Assembly: GCF_004010195.1 (NCBI RefSeq)
Contig: NC_057720.1
Span: 13,843,948 to 13,907,947, forward strand
Reading direction: 5' to 3'
Source: Chiloscyllium plagiosum
Lineage: Eukaryota
Length of the DNA stretch: 64,000 nt
Part shown: positions 1 to 12,055 of the stretch, piece after piece
Numbering within the stretch: position 1 is the stretch's first letter
Layout: each line of letters starts with the position of its first letter
Position numbers and translations under genes: made by a program
Notes under the pieces: generated by a model
The model's database searches: none
What the model saw: only the letters and a program-made list of their open reading frames with translations
What the model was told of the DNA's origin: nothing

Positions 1-268
1 GTTCAACAGAGTGTTACAAGGGGACATAAATTTAAGGTGAAGGGTGGAAGGTATAGGGGAGATGTCAGGGGTGGGTTCTTTACCCAGAGAGTGGTGGGGG
101 CATGGAATGCGCTGCCCGTGGGAGTGGTAGAGTCGGAATCATTGGCGACCTTTAAGCGGCATTTGGATAGGTACATGGATGGGTACTTAATCTAGGTTAG
201 AAGTTCGGCACAACATCGTGGGCCGAAGGGCCTGTTCTGTGCTGTATTGTTCTATGTTCTATGTTCTT
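1..268 (+). mobile_element. CR1 LINE 3' end with (TTCTATG)n tail
   Basis: Reads RGHKFKVKGGRYRGDVRGGFFTQRVVGAWNALP (CR1 ORF2 C-terminus), then the 3' UTR and a gttctatgttctatgttct tail. Confidence 0.9.
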
Positions 269-490
269 GACAGTCACCCTGGCTGTGTTGCGAACGCCCT
301 GGCCCGGGGTGCGGGCAGCTGTTGAGGCCATAGCTCTGAGGTTGGCTGGTCCCTGAATTGGCGTTAGGCCGAAGCCAGCATGAAGATCCACCAATAGCAG
401 GTCAGCACAACCAAACGATCCTCCAACGTCCAATCACGATCCAGCGATGATCTCCACTAGCTCTGATGACTCGCAACTCAACCCCCCGTC
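263..490 (-). mobile_element. 5' UTR and ORF1 start of a Tx1-clade (Keno-like) non-LTR retrotransposon, interrupted by the CR1 at 1-268
   Basis: ATG at 331 gives MASTAARTPGQGVRNTARVTVK, which resembles the N-terminus of Tx1 ORF1/ZCCHC3-like proteins (from memory). It lies directly downstream of a U2 fragment. Confidence 0.65.
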
Positions 491-536
491 CTGATAAGAA
501 CAGACACTTGATCTTAGCCAAAAGGCCGAGAAGCAT
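491..536 (-). ncRNA. RNU2: U2 snRNA 5' fragment (about nt 1-52, with internal deletion), pseudogenic
   Basis: Reverse complement atGCTTCTCGGCCTTTTGGCTAAGATCAAGTG-----TCTGTTCTTATCAG matches the vertebrate U2 5' end except for the missing TAGTA. Confidence 0.9.
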
Positions 537-1252
537 CCTGGCATAGAAATATATCACTATGCCTTTAGTGCCATTGGGTCAAAGTTCTGGATTCCCTCCC
601 TAATGAGGGCAGTCTCTCTCTGAAAGGTATCCTTTTTTCCTACGGTTGGAACTTCTTCTGACCCTTAACAACATGGCATTGGAAATCCAGTTGGGAAAAT
701 ATAGTGAGATCACGAAAACAAGATTCTCAACATTAAAAAAAACTGATAATCCACCCAAGATTTTGGTCCAGACCAGAATCTAATCTGTGATTGGTGAGAG
801 ACTGATATGCATTACATCCATGCTACATTAGTGCCACATCTATCCCAGCAGATTATCCAAACACTGCAACCATTTCAACCATATGGTAATGCTTCCAAAC
901 CTAAGAGGTGTAGACTCCAGTCCAGTCAAGGAGGCTTGTTGTCAGTCAAGGGGTCCCACAACCAACAGTCAAGAATAGTGTCTGATCTCAGTCCAGGTGC
1001 TTAGACATGGTCAGTCAGCCATCTGGGCTACTTAGGGTCAAAGGTACCATTGTAGTCTGGGGTATGGCTACAATCAGTTTGGCAGAGCCTGAGTAACCAA
1101 GAGGAATTAGGGATAAAGTAGTCAGGGACCTGGTCACATTTCATCAAGGTTGTCTTTCCAAGTCAGACACAGAGTTAGGCCCCAGATAGTTCTGGTGGTC
1201 TGTTCAGTTTAAGTCACAGAAGATCATAGAATCTTTACAGCGTGGAAACAGG

Positions 1253-1476
1253 GTGGTGCTGGAAAAGCACAGCAGGTCAGGCAGCATCCAAGGAGCAGGA
1301 AAATCAATGTTTCGGGCAAAAGCCCTTCATCAGGAAAGGAATCTTCATCCTGATGAAGGGCTTTTGCCCGGAACATCGATTTTCCTGCTCCTCGGATGCT
1401 GCCTGACCTGCTGTGCTTTTCCAGCACCACTCTGATCTAAACTCTGGTTTCCAGCATCTGCAGTCCTCACTTTTGC
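1253..1476. mobile_element. Palindromic Penelope-terminus mini-element with 16-bp TSD
   Basis: Arms at about 1253-1334 and 1348-1430 are reverse complements. acag(c/t)gtggaaacagg is duplicated at 1237-1252 and 1477-1492. Confidence 0.8.
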
Positions 1477-1828
1477 ACAGTGTGGAAACAGGCTATTTGG
1501 TCCCACAAGTCCACACTGACTTTCCAAAGAGTAACCCATCCAGAAACACTTCTCCCCCCCCCACCGAGTTTATTACTCTACATTTACTCCTGACTAATGC
1601 ACCTAACCTACACATCCCTGAACACGATAGGCAATTTAGTACGGCCAAATCACCTAACCTGCACATCTCTGGACTGTGAGAGGAAACCAGAGCACACTGA
1701 GGAATCCCACGCAGACACGGGGAGAATGTGCAAACTCCTCACAGTCAGTCACTCGAGACTGGAATTGAACCCGAGCCCCTGGCATTGTGAGGCAGCAGTG
1801 CTAACCACTGAGCCAATTTGCTGCCCCA
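1477..1828 (-). mobile_element. HE1-type tRNA-derived V-SINE
   Basis: Reverse complement has the ggctcagtggttagcactgctgcctcaca head, a B-box ggttcaattcc and the V-domain ggagtttgcacattctccccgtgtctgcgtgg. Confidence 0.85.
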
Positions 1829-3316
1829 AAGTCAAGGCAGGTTACCGGGGCCTGCTGCAGAGAAGTTGGGGAAGTCAATTGTGGGGATTGGAGGCCATAT
1901 GCTGGGGTGCAAAGAGTACAATAATTCTGATGGAAGGGGGTGGTGGCAACTCAACAAATAAGAGGGGGAGACAGTAGTACATTGGAAAGCATGGGTTACT
2001 GTGGAAGGAGGGTGTCACTGATGGTCACCAACCTTCAACTTACATTGTCAACAGAAAGTGGGAGGAAGAAAGCAACATGATGGTTTGGAGGGGTGGAGAG
2101 GTAGGAGACTCACCCAGATTATCACCTGGAATGTGTAGCTCAAGCTGTGAGGAGTGACCTGTGTGGACTTCCATCTTCAGCTGGATCACAATTATGCAAC
2201 AGGGCTGCCAGCACAGCCCCGAGTGGGTGGAGGAACTTTTTTTTTTATTGTTTGAGCACATTGGGTCTACTTGTGGGCAATGTTAGGCCCTTCAAGGGGC
2301 AATTACACTAATCGGGTGCTTCCATAGCTGAGATTAAAGATAAGTACAGAAAGTGATGAGGTCTGGCAGGATCTGAAGAGAGAAGAATAGGGTTAATGTT
2401 TCGCATCCAGTGACCCTTCATCATTTGTAATCAGAGAACTCCGGCTATGAAACACATGCAATTGTGTAGGATAAAAGCCCTGGTCACAACCATGTCATTG
2501 GTCATTACAGGTTGATCATAGCCATTTCTGTGATGCAGATTGGATCCATAGGCAACGTTCAAAGTATCAACTGTGGGTCATTATTCACAAGAACCACCCA
2601 AGATTACATAGGCTGCAGAATGGCATGGAGCTTCTCAATGGTACATATATGCTCTTTTATATAATACGGCCATGCTTGGATGATACAGGTATGAGGAACA
2701 AGGCATCAGGAATCCTACTGCACTTACAGTCGCCTACTATATTCGTGCAGCATGGCTTGTGCTATATACATCAGAATAAGCTCCCAATGTCAAAGGTCTA
2801 TGTTGATGCATTTTACGGCCCACACTGTCAGTGTCCTCCATGTCCCATTTGCAAGAGGAGTGTGCTGAATCGTCACTTGTTTATAATAGGAGTGCTGACT
2901 ACCTTATATTACTGAGGGCCTGTTTTTCTGTTTTGGATATTCCCACACAGGGTCATGAGGAGCAATGCTCCAGCCTCAGTAGGGTTTATCCTCACAGTGG
3001 TCAGGGTGCAATGAAGACCGAGAGAAATGAAGGGGAAACAGATACAACAGCAAGCCAAGGCCAGCAGCAACCTCCAGTGGCTGCCAAACACATGAAGCCT
3101 CTGATGACAAGATCAAGTTTATTGTATCTCAGTAACTATGTCCAGGTTACAATAACTCATTAGTAACTATTATATGCCAATAAGAGGTAGAGAAGGCACA
3201 TCAGGACATCTAGCCAAATGATGACTGGGCAATGTTGCTAGAATATTCTGCCCCAAGTTCTACCGAGTGTTATAAATCAGATTGGGCAGACTTGTAGCCC
3301 ATGCATCAACTCTTTT

Positions 3317-5701
3317 AGAGTCATAGATATGCAGAGCATGGTAACAGATCATTCGGTCCAACCCGTCCATGCCGACCACATATCCCAACCCAATCTAGTC
3401 CCACCTGCCAGCACCCGGACCATATCCCTCTAAACCCTTCCTATTCATATACCCATCGGAATTCCTCTTAAATGTTGCAATTGTACCAGCCTCCACCACT
3501 TTCTCTGGCAGCTCATTCCATACACATACCACCCTCTGTGTGAAAAAGTTGCCCTTAGATTTCTTATATCTTTCCCCTCTCAGCCTAAACCTATGTCCTC
3601 TAGTTCTGGACTCCCCGACTTTGTGTATTTATCCTATCCATGCCCCTCATAATTTTGTAAACCTCTATAAGGTCACCCCTCAGTCTCCGCGCTCCAGGGA
3701 AAACAGCCCCAGATTGTTCAGCCTCTCCCTATAGCTCAGATCCTCCAACCCTGGCAACATCCTTGTAAATCTTTTCTGAACCCTTTCAAGTTTCACAACA
3801 TCTTTCCGATAGGAAGGAGACCAGAATTGCACGTAATATTCCAACAGTTGCCTAACAAATGTCCTATACAGCCGCAACATGACCTCCTAACTCCTGTACT
3901 CAATACTGTGACCAATAAAGGAAAGAATACCAAACGCCTTCTTCACTATCCTATCTACTCCAAGGTCTCTTTGTTCAGCAACACTCCCTAGGACCTTACC
4001 ATTAAGTGTATAAGTCCTGCTAAGATTTGCTTTCCCAAAATGCAGCACCTCGCATTTATCTGAATTAAACTCCATCTGCCACTTCTCAGCCCATTGGCCC
4101 ATCTGGTCCAAATCCTGTTGTAATCTGAGGTAACCCTCTTCGCTGACCACTACACGTCCAATTTTGGTGTCATCTGCAAGCTTACTAACTGTACCTCTTA
4201 TGCTCGCATCCAAATCATTTATACAAATGACAAAAAGTAGAGGGCCCAGCACTGGTCCTTGTGGCACTCCACTGGTCACAGGCCTTCAGTTTGAAAAACA
4301 ACCCTCCACCACCCTCTGTCTTCTACCTTTGAGCCAGTTCTGTATCCAAATGGCTAGTTCTCCCTGTATTCCATGAGATCTAACCTTGCTGATCAGTCTC
4401 CCATGGGGAACCTTGTCGAATGCCTTACTGAAGTCCATATAGATCACATCTACCACTCTGCCCTCATCAATCTTCTTTGTTACTTCTCCAAAAACCTCAA
4501 TCAAGTTTGTGAGACATGATTTCCCACGCACAAAGCCATGTTGACTATCCCGAATCAGTCCTTGCCTTTCCAAATACATGTTCATCCTGTCCCTCAGGAT
4601 TCCCTCCAACAACTTCCCCACCACCGAAGTCAGGTTCACCGGTCTATAGGTCCCTGGCTTGTCTTTACCGCCCTTCTTAAACAGTGGCACCACGTTTGCC
4701 AACCTCCAGTCTTCCGGCACCTCACCTGTGACTATCGATGATACAAATATCTCAGCAAGAGGCCCAGCAATCATTTCTCTAGCTTCCCACAGAGTTCTCG
4801 GGTACACCTGATCAGGTCCTGGGGATTTATCCACCTTTAACCGTTTCAAGACATCCAGCTCTTCCTCCTCTGTAATCTGGACATTTTGCAAGGTGTCACC
4901 ATCTATTCCCTACAGTCCACATCTTCCATATCCTTTTCCACAGTAAATACTAATGCAAAATATTAATTTAGTATCTCCCCCATTTTCTGTGGCTCCACAC
5001 AAAGGCCGCCTTGCTGATCTTTGAGGGGCCCTATTCTCTCCCCAGTTACCCTTTTGTCCTTAATATATTTGTAAAAACCCTTTGAATTCTCCTTAATTCT
5101 ATTTGCCAAAGCTATCTCATGTCCCCGTTTTGCCCTCCTGATTTCCCTCTTAAGTAAAGTCCCACTTCCTTTATACTTTCTAAGGATTCACTCGATCTAT
5201 CCTGTCTATACATTACATATGCTTCCTTCTTTTTCTTAACCAAACCCTCAATATCTTTAGTCATCCAGCATTCCCTATGCCTACCAGCCTTCCCTTTCAC
5301 CCTGACAGGAATATACTTTCTCTGGATTCTTGTTATCTCATTTCTGAAGGCTTCCCATTTTCCAGCCGTCCCTTTACCTGCGAACATCTGCCTCCAATCA
5401 GCTTTCGAAAGTTTTTGCCTAATACCATCATAATTGGCCTTTCTCCAATTTAGGACTTCAACTTTCAAATCTGGTCTATCCTTTTCTATCACTATTTTAA
5501 AACAAATAGAATTATGGTCGCTGGCCCAAAGTGCTCCCCCAGTGACACGTCAGTCACCTGCCCTGCCTTATTTCCCAAGAGTAGGTCAAGTTTTGCACCT
5601 TCTCTCGTAGGTACATCCACATACTGAATCAGAATATTGTCTTGTACACACTTAAGAAATTCCTCTCCATCTAAACCTTTTACACTATGGCAGTCCCAGT
5701 C
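3317..5701 (-). mobile_element. CR1 (HER1-like) LINE, degraded ORF2, runs into gap
   Basis: ORF pieces DKSPGPDQVYPR, QHGFVRGKSCLTNL, YMDFSKAFDKVPH, SGVPQGPVLGP, ADDTK, plus a 3' tail. Confidence 0.95.
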
Positions 5702-5869
5702 NNNNNNNNNNNNNNNNNNNNNNNNNNNNNNNNNNNNNNNNNNNNNNNNNNNNNNNNNNNNNNNNNNNNNNNNNNNNNNNNNNNNNNNNNNNNNNNNNNN
5801 NNNNNNNNNNNNNNNNNNNNNNNNNNNNNNNNNNNNNNNNNNNNNNNNNNNNNNNNNNNNNNNNNNNNN
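5702..5869. other. Assembly gap
   Basis: N run. Confidence 1.
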
Positions 5870-6560
5870 GACAACCCACTCCCGGCACCTTCCCTTGCCA
5901 ACAGAAGAAGTGTAAACCTGCGCCCCTCATCACTGTCCAAGGCCCTAAAAGATCCTTCCATATTCAACAGAAATTTACCTGTACCTCCGCCAATGTCATC
6001 TACTGTATCCATTGCACCCAATGTGGTCTCCCTATATCTACTTGTAGATCGTTTCAGAGAACATCTCTGGGACACCCACACCAAACAACCCTACCATCCC
6101 TTGGCCAAACACTTCAACTCCACTTCCCACTCCACCAAGGACATGCAGATCCTGGGCTTCCTCCATCGCCAAACCCTAACCACCCAAGACCTAGAGGAAG
6201 AACACCTCATCTTCCGCCTTGGGACCCTGCAACTGCATGGGAATCAATGTGGATTTCACCAGTTTCCTCATTTTCTCTGCCCCCACCTTATCCCAGTCCC
6301 AAGCCTCCACTTGGCACTGCCCTCTTGATCTGTCCATCGCCCTTTCCATCTATCCGCTCCACCCTCCTCTCCAACTTATCACCTTCCCCCCTCACCATCA
6401 TCTACCTATCACATTCCCAGTTACCTTACCCACCCCACATCTCCTCCCATTTATCTCTCAGCCCCCTTGGTCTATTCTCCCCCCACCTCCATGATGAAGA
6501 GCTTATGCTTGAAACATCGACCCTCCTGCTCCTTGGATGCTGCCTGACTGGCTGTGCTTT
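5870..6560 (+). mobile_element. Penelope-like element 3' part (GIY-YIG endonuclease and terminal repeat)
   Basis: NVIYCIHCTQCG, RFREHLWDT, HFNSTSH and EEEHLIFRLGTLQ, followed by a pyrimidine-rich 3' region and a degenerate hammerhead motif near 6490. Confidence 0.85.
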
Positions 6561-6655
6561 GACTATCAACTCTTTAGTGACCATTGCCTTATATAATGGG
6601 CATCAGCACCAATAAGCCACGACCCACAGTGACACTTGGCAGCTCCAAGTAGTGC

Positions 6656-6812
6656 TGGAAAAGCACAGCAGGTCAGGCAGCATCCAAGGAGAAGGGCTTA
6701 TGCCCGAAATGTCGATTCTCCTGCTCCTTGGATGCTGCCTGACCTGCTGCGCTTTTCCAGCAACACATTTTTCAGCTCTGATCTCCAGCATCCGCAGTCC
6801 TCACTTTCTCCG
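6656..6812. mobile_element. Partially palindromic Penelope-terminus mini-element with 15-bp TSD
   Basis: agctccaagtagtgc at 6641-6655 and 6813-6827, with inverted arms. Confidence 0.8.
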
Positions 6813-8342
6813 AGCTCCAAGTAGTGCATGGGGCAGAAGCCACCGTTAAGGATTGGACTACACAGCGAATCTGTGAAGGTGTGTGAAGTGAAGCACCCAC
6901 CACCCAACCCCACATAAATGGGCAGGTCTGCTGTGTCCACCTTCTGGTAGGTGGAAGGATGCTCACAGTAAATTAGTACAGGTCCTTCTCTTGGACATCT
7001 GCAGTAAATCAAAGAGCTCTGTCTGTATTGTTGCCTTTCCTTTGAATAGACATACACTTATGATAAATGCTGCTATCAACCAAGACTGATTGTGACCTTA
7101 AGCTAACAATGCATGATCATTGGTCAAAGTTACCCTGCTAAAGCTACAATACGATATCAAAAAAGCCCCTAAATTAACCTGGTTTGGTCTTCGCTGAGGC
7201 ATTTTAAAAGTGCAGTTACCACTGAATATTGCACATTATCACTGGCAGCAGTCCAACATTGACAATAATCTCTGCTACTCCACATCACCCCCGTACTATT
7301 TAGCATAGCTTTAGACTGAGTCAAGTTGACTATATACCAATTAAGACATGTATCACAATTACACTTCTGAACTTTTAACCTAAAAATGGGATACAGTTCA
7401 GAGTACATGCCATTCATTGTTTGACACAGTAACTTGATAGCAATAACACAATGATTTCTTTCTGTCTATGATGGGATCTAGTCTTAACTTAATACTTCTC
7501 TTCTCTCTGGAGAATGAGCCAAGACCATCTTTGACGCCACAATGCACAAGCACCTCCGTAATAAACAGAGTCACCAGAACAAGGGGTGGGAACCAACCAA
7601 ACCCATGACATGTCACAGAAGAACTCATGCTAACAATGAATGCACATCCTGTTGTGATGTCTAACAACTTGAATTAAGTCTTAAATAGAGTTGTAAATAA
7701 ATGCATTTGCTCTAGCTTTTTAATAAACACTTTTGATAAAGTGTATAGAAGGATTTTTTATTACTTCCCCATTGGCAGGAGGTAACTAGAGGACACAGAT
7801 TGCAGACAATTGCCAAAAGAGCCAGAGGCAGGTTGGGGAGAATTGATTTTTACTCAGTGTGTTGTTACTTTCTGGAAGGTACTGCCTGAAAGGGTGGAGG
7901 AAACACAAACAAATCGTAACTCCCGAAAGGGAATTGAACAAAAACTGAAAAGGAGAAATTTGCAAGGCTCTGGGAAAGAGCAAGGAAACTTGACTAATTG
8001 TATAGTAGAGCTGTCACAGGCAAGATGGGCTGAATGGACTCTTACTGCACATGACTTTACAGTTTCATAACTTTGTGCATTTAAATTCAGACGATGCATT
8101 GATTGATGGATGATTGATCTTCAATGTGCGGTTTGAAAAGAAACGTGTATTGATCACCTCATATTTCTTAATTAATTTTACACCACTTTCAAAGTAATAT
8201 GATTAAAATCCAGTATAATCTTCTCCTTTCTGGTTGAGGTACGGTTCAATGAGAGCTACCAGCTCTCTTATATATTCAGTCATTTGGTGGTTAAAAAAAA
8301 CTGCATATTGCTGATAAGAGAGGCAGATCACTGAACCTGAGA

Positions 8343-8492
8343 GTGTGGTGCTGGAAAAGCACAGCAGGTCAGGCAGCATCCGAGGGGCAGGAGAATCGAC
8401 GTTTTGGGCATAAGCCCTTTATCAGGAATTCGGGATTCCTGATGAAGGGCTTATGCTCGAAGCGTCGATTCTCCTGCCCCTCGGATGCTGCC
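8343..8492. mobile_element. Palindromic Penelope-terminus element
   Basis: Inverted arms centred on atcaggaattcgggattcctgat, with a hammerhead-like core on both strands. Confidence 0.75.
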
Positions 8493-8679
8493 TCTCTCCT
8501 GTTAGTGATGGCCATTGCCTTGAACCTGTGTAGCACAAATGTTTGTTGCCACTTGTTAGTCCAAGCCTGGATATTGTCCAGGAATTGCTGTATTGATGCA
8601 GGATCTGAGGAGTCACAAATTGTAAGTTTGTGGATGACACAAAAATAAGTGTGAAGGCAAGCGGTTGCATAGGTCTAGG

Positions 8680-8950
8680 GTGTGAGGGGAAAATCTAAAC
8701 GGGACCTAAGGGGCAACTTTTTCACACAGAGGCTGGTGCGCGTATGGAATGAGCTGCTAGAGGAAGTGGTAGAGGCTGGTACATTTACAACATTTAAAAG
8801 GCATCTGGATGGGTATATGAACAGGAAGGGTTTACAGGGATATATGGGACAAGTGCTGGCAAAGGGACTAGATTAGTTTAGGATATCTGGTTGGCATGGA
8901 CGAGTTGGACCGCAGGGTCTGTTTCCGTGCTGTACATCTCTATGATTCTG
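8680..8950 (+). mobile_element. CR1 3' end
   Basis: RGNFFTQRLVRVWNEL plus 3' UTR ending ctctatgattct. Confidence 0.85.
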
Positions 8951-9604
8951 TGGTGATGATGGCACAAAGAGTCTGCAGAGGGATATAGACAGGCTAAGTG
9001 GTCAAAAACTTGGCAGATGGAATTATATTTGAGAGAATCTGAAGCAGGAAGGATACAGGAGATGACAATGATTTGAATGGGGAGAAACAACCAAAAGCTA
9101 CAGCAAAGAAGGCTTTGGAAGTCCTCATGCAACAATCATAAAAAGCTAGCATCCAGGTTCAGCAGGTAATAGGGAAAACAAATAAATTGTTGGCCCTTAT
9201 TTCAAAGAGAATGGCATAAAAAAAAAGGAAAGTCTTACCAAAACTCTACAAGGCACTAGTCAGACCACAGCTGGAGTTCTGCGAACAAGCATCTAAGGAA
9301 AGATATATTGACATTGGAGGCAATCTAGACAAGGTTCACTAGATATCCAATATGGAGGGACTGTTATAAATAGATTGGCCCTATTTTGATTGGAATGTAG
9401 AAGAATGGTTTGGTTACAACCAGTAGAGACCTTTTTGTCTTATTACCACCGACTCTAGTTTTACTTAGCTTCCATGATGCACACTCAGTATAATGTGGCT
9501 TGACATTGATGGGAGGCAATTTCACCAATGATGTGGACTGTGTGATTTATGTATATTTTTATCATTTATTTTCAGTTTGGATTTTTTCATTTTGAATAAG
9601 AACA

Positions 9605-12055
9605 GTGAGGGTGGAACAGGGAAGGTGGAAAAAGAGGAGAGGTGTGGCATTGCTAATCAGAGAGTGCATCACAGCTACAGAAACAAAGATTGTTGAGGAA
9701 TATTTGTCCACTGAGTCAGTATGGGTGGAAGTTAGGAACAGCAAGGAACAGCCACCTCATTGGGGGCTTTCTATAGACCCCCCTAATAGCAATAGAGAGA
9801 TTGAAGAACTCATAGGTTGGCAGACTTTGAAAAAACGCAGATGTAGCAGGGACGTTGTTATGGGTGATTTCAACTTTCCCAATATCGACTGGACCCTCTT
9901 TAATGCAGATGGTTTGGATTGAGCCATTTTTGTCAGGTGTGTTCAGGAGGGTTTCCTTACTCAGTATATAGACAGGCTGACGAAGGGAGAGGCCAATTTC
10001 GATTTGGTGCTTGGCAATGAGCCGGGACAGTTGTCAGATCTCGCGGTTGGAGAGCATTTTGGTGATAGTGACCACAACTGCCTCACATTCTACATTGCTA
10101 TGGAGAAGGAGAGAAGCAGGCACAATGGGAGGATATTTAATTGGGCAAAAGGAAACTATGATACTATCAGACGTGAGTTGGGAAGCATGGTCTGGGAGCA
10201 ATTGTTCCATGGAAAGGGCACTATAGACATGTGAAGACTGTTTAAGGAACAAGTGATGCATAAATGTGTTCCTCTGAGACAGGCAAGAAGGGGTAAGATA
10301 AAGGAACCTTGGATGATGAGAGCAGAGGAGCTTCTTGTCAAAAGAAAGAAGGTTGCTTACGTAAGGTGGAGGAAGCAAGAGTCTTGCTCAGCTCTCGAGG
10401 ATTACAGGCAGGCAAGGAAGGAGCTCAAAAATGGTCTGAGGAGAGCCAGGAGGGGGCACAAAAAAGGCTTGGCAGGAAGGATTAGGGAGAATCCCAAGGC
10501 ATTTTACACGGATGTGAGGAATAAGAGAATGGTCAAAGAAAGAGTAGGGCCGATCAGGGATAGCATAAGGAATGCTGAGGATGGGGAAGCCCTAAAAGAG
10601 CTTTTTGCTTCTGTCTTTACTAAAGAAAAGGACCTTGTAGTGAATGAAACCATTGAAGAGCAGGTAAGCATGCTGGAATGGATAGAGATTGAGGAAGCTG
10701 ATGTGTTGGAAATTTTGACAAACATTAAGGTTGACAAGTCACCAGAGCCAGGCCAGATTTGTCCTCGGCTGCTTTGGGAAGCGAGAAATGTGATTGCTTC
10801 GCCGCTTGCGAAGCTCTTTGCATCCTTGCTCTCCATCAGAGTCCTACCTGAGGACTGGAGGGAGGAAAATGTAATTCCTCTCTTCAAGAAAGGAAATACG
10901 GAAATCTCCAGCAATTACAGACCAGACAGACTCACATCAGTCGTCTGCAAGGTGTTAGAAAGGATTCTGAGGGATAGGATGTATGACCATCTGGAAGAGC
11001 ATGGCTTGAGTAAAGGCAGTCAGCATGGCTTTGTGAGGGGCAGGTCATGCCTCACGAATCGTATTGAGTTCTTTGAGGATGTTACTACACAAGTTGCTGA
11101 GGGTCAAGTGGTGGATGTGGTGTATATGGACTTCAGTAAGGCATTTAATAAGGTTCCCCATGGTAGGCTTTTTCAGAAGATCAGGAGGAATGGGATACAG
11201 GGAAATTTAGCTGTCTGGATACAGAATTGGCTGGTCGACAGAAGACAGCGAGTGGTAGTGGAAAGAAAGTATTCTGCCTTAAAGTCAGTGGTGAGTGGTG
11301 TTCCACAGGGCTCTGTCCTTGGGCCTCTACTGTTTGTAATTTTTATAATGACTTGGATGAGGGGATTGAAGGATGGGTTAGTAAGTTTGCAGACAACACA
11401 AAGGTTGGAGGTGCCGTTGACAGTATAGAGGGCTGTTGTAGGTTGCAGCGTGACATTGACAGGATGCAGAGATGGGCTGAGAGGTTGCAGATGGAGTTCA
11501 CCTGGATAAATGCGAAGTGATGCATTTTTGGAAGGTCGAACTTGAACGTTGAGTACAGGATCAAAGACAGGATTCTTGGCAGTGTGGAAGAACAGCGGGA
11601 TCTTGGTGTGCAGGTATATAGATCCCTAAAATTGCCACCCAGGTGGACAGGGTTGTTAAGAAAGCATATAGTGTTTTGGCTTTCATTAACAGGGGGATTG
11701 AGTTTAAGAGTCGTGAGATCTTGTTGCAGCTCTATAAAACTTTGGTTAGACCGCACTTGGTTATGGAAGCGAGGTCATTGGGGATATTTAAGAGACTGCT
11801 GGACACGCATATGGTCACAGAAATGTGAGTGTTCATACATTAGGTTTACCTTGCATGAGGATCAATGGTCAGCACAACATCGTGGGGTGAAGGGCCTGTT
11901 CTGTGCTGTACTGTTCTATGTTCTATGTTATTTAAGAGACTGCTGGACACGCATATGGTCACAGAAATTAGGTTTACCTTGCATGAGGATCAATGGTCAG
12001 CACAACATCGTGGGGTGAAGGGCCTGTTCTGTGCTGTACTGTTCTATGTTCTATG
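9605..12055 (+). mobile_element. CR1 LINE (APE-RT) with a deletion near the 3' end and a duplicated 3' terminus
   Basis: VMGDFNFPNIDW, FGDSDHN, 391-aa RT ORF 10253-11428, FADNTK. 3' end is repeated at about 11787-11928 and 11929-12055. Confidence 0.95.

Noticed and set aside
491..536. Functional U2 gene
   Set aside because: Only the 5' quarter is present, the branch-recognition sequence is deleted, and there is no Sm site or promoter context
1224..1435. Near-identical MVLEKHSRSG peptides on both strands
   Set aside because: Artefact of a DNA palindrome, not a gene family
10253..11428. 391-aa ORF as a host or domesticated gene
   Set aside because: It is CR1 RT, flanked by stops and frameshifts within a decayed LINE
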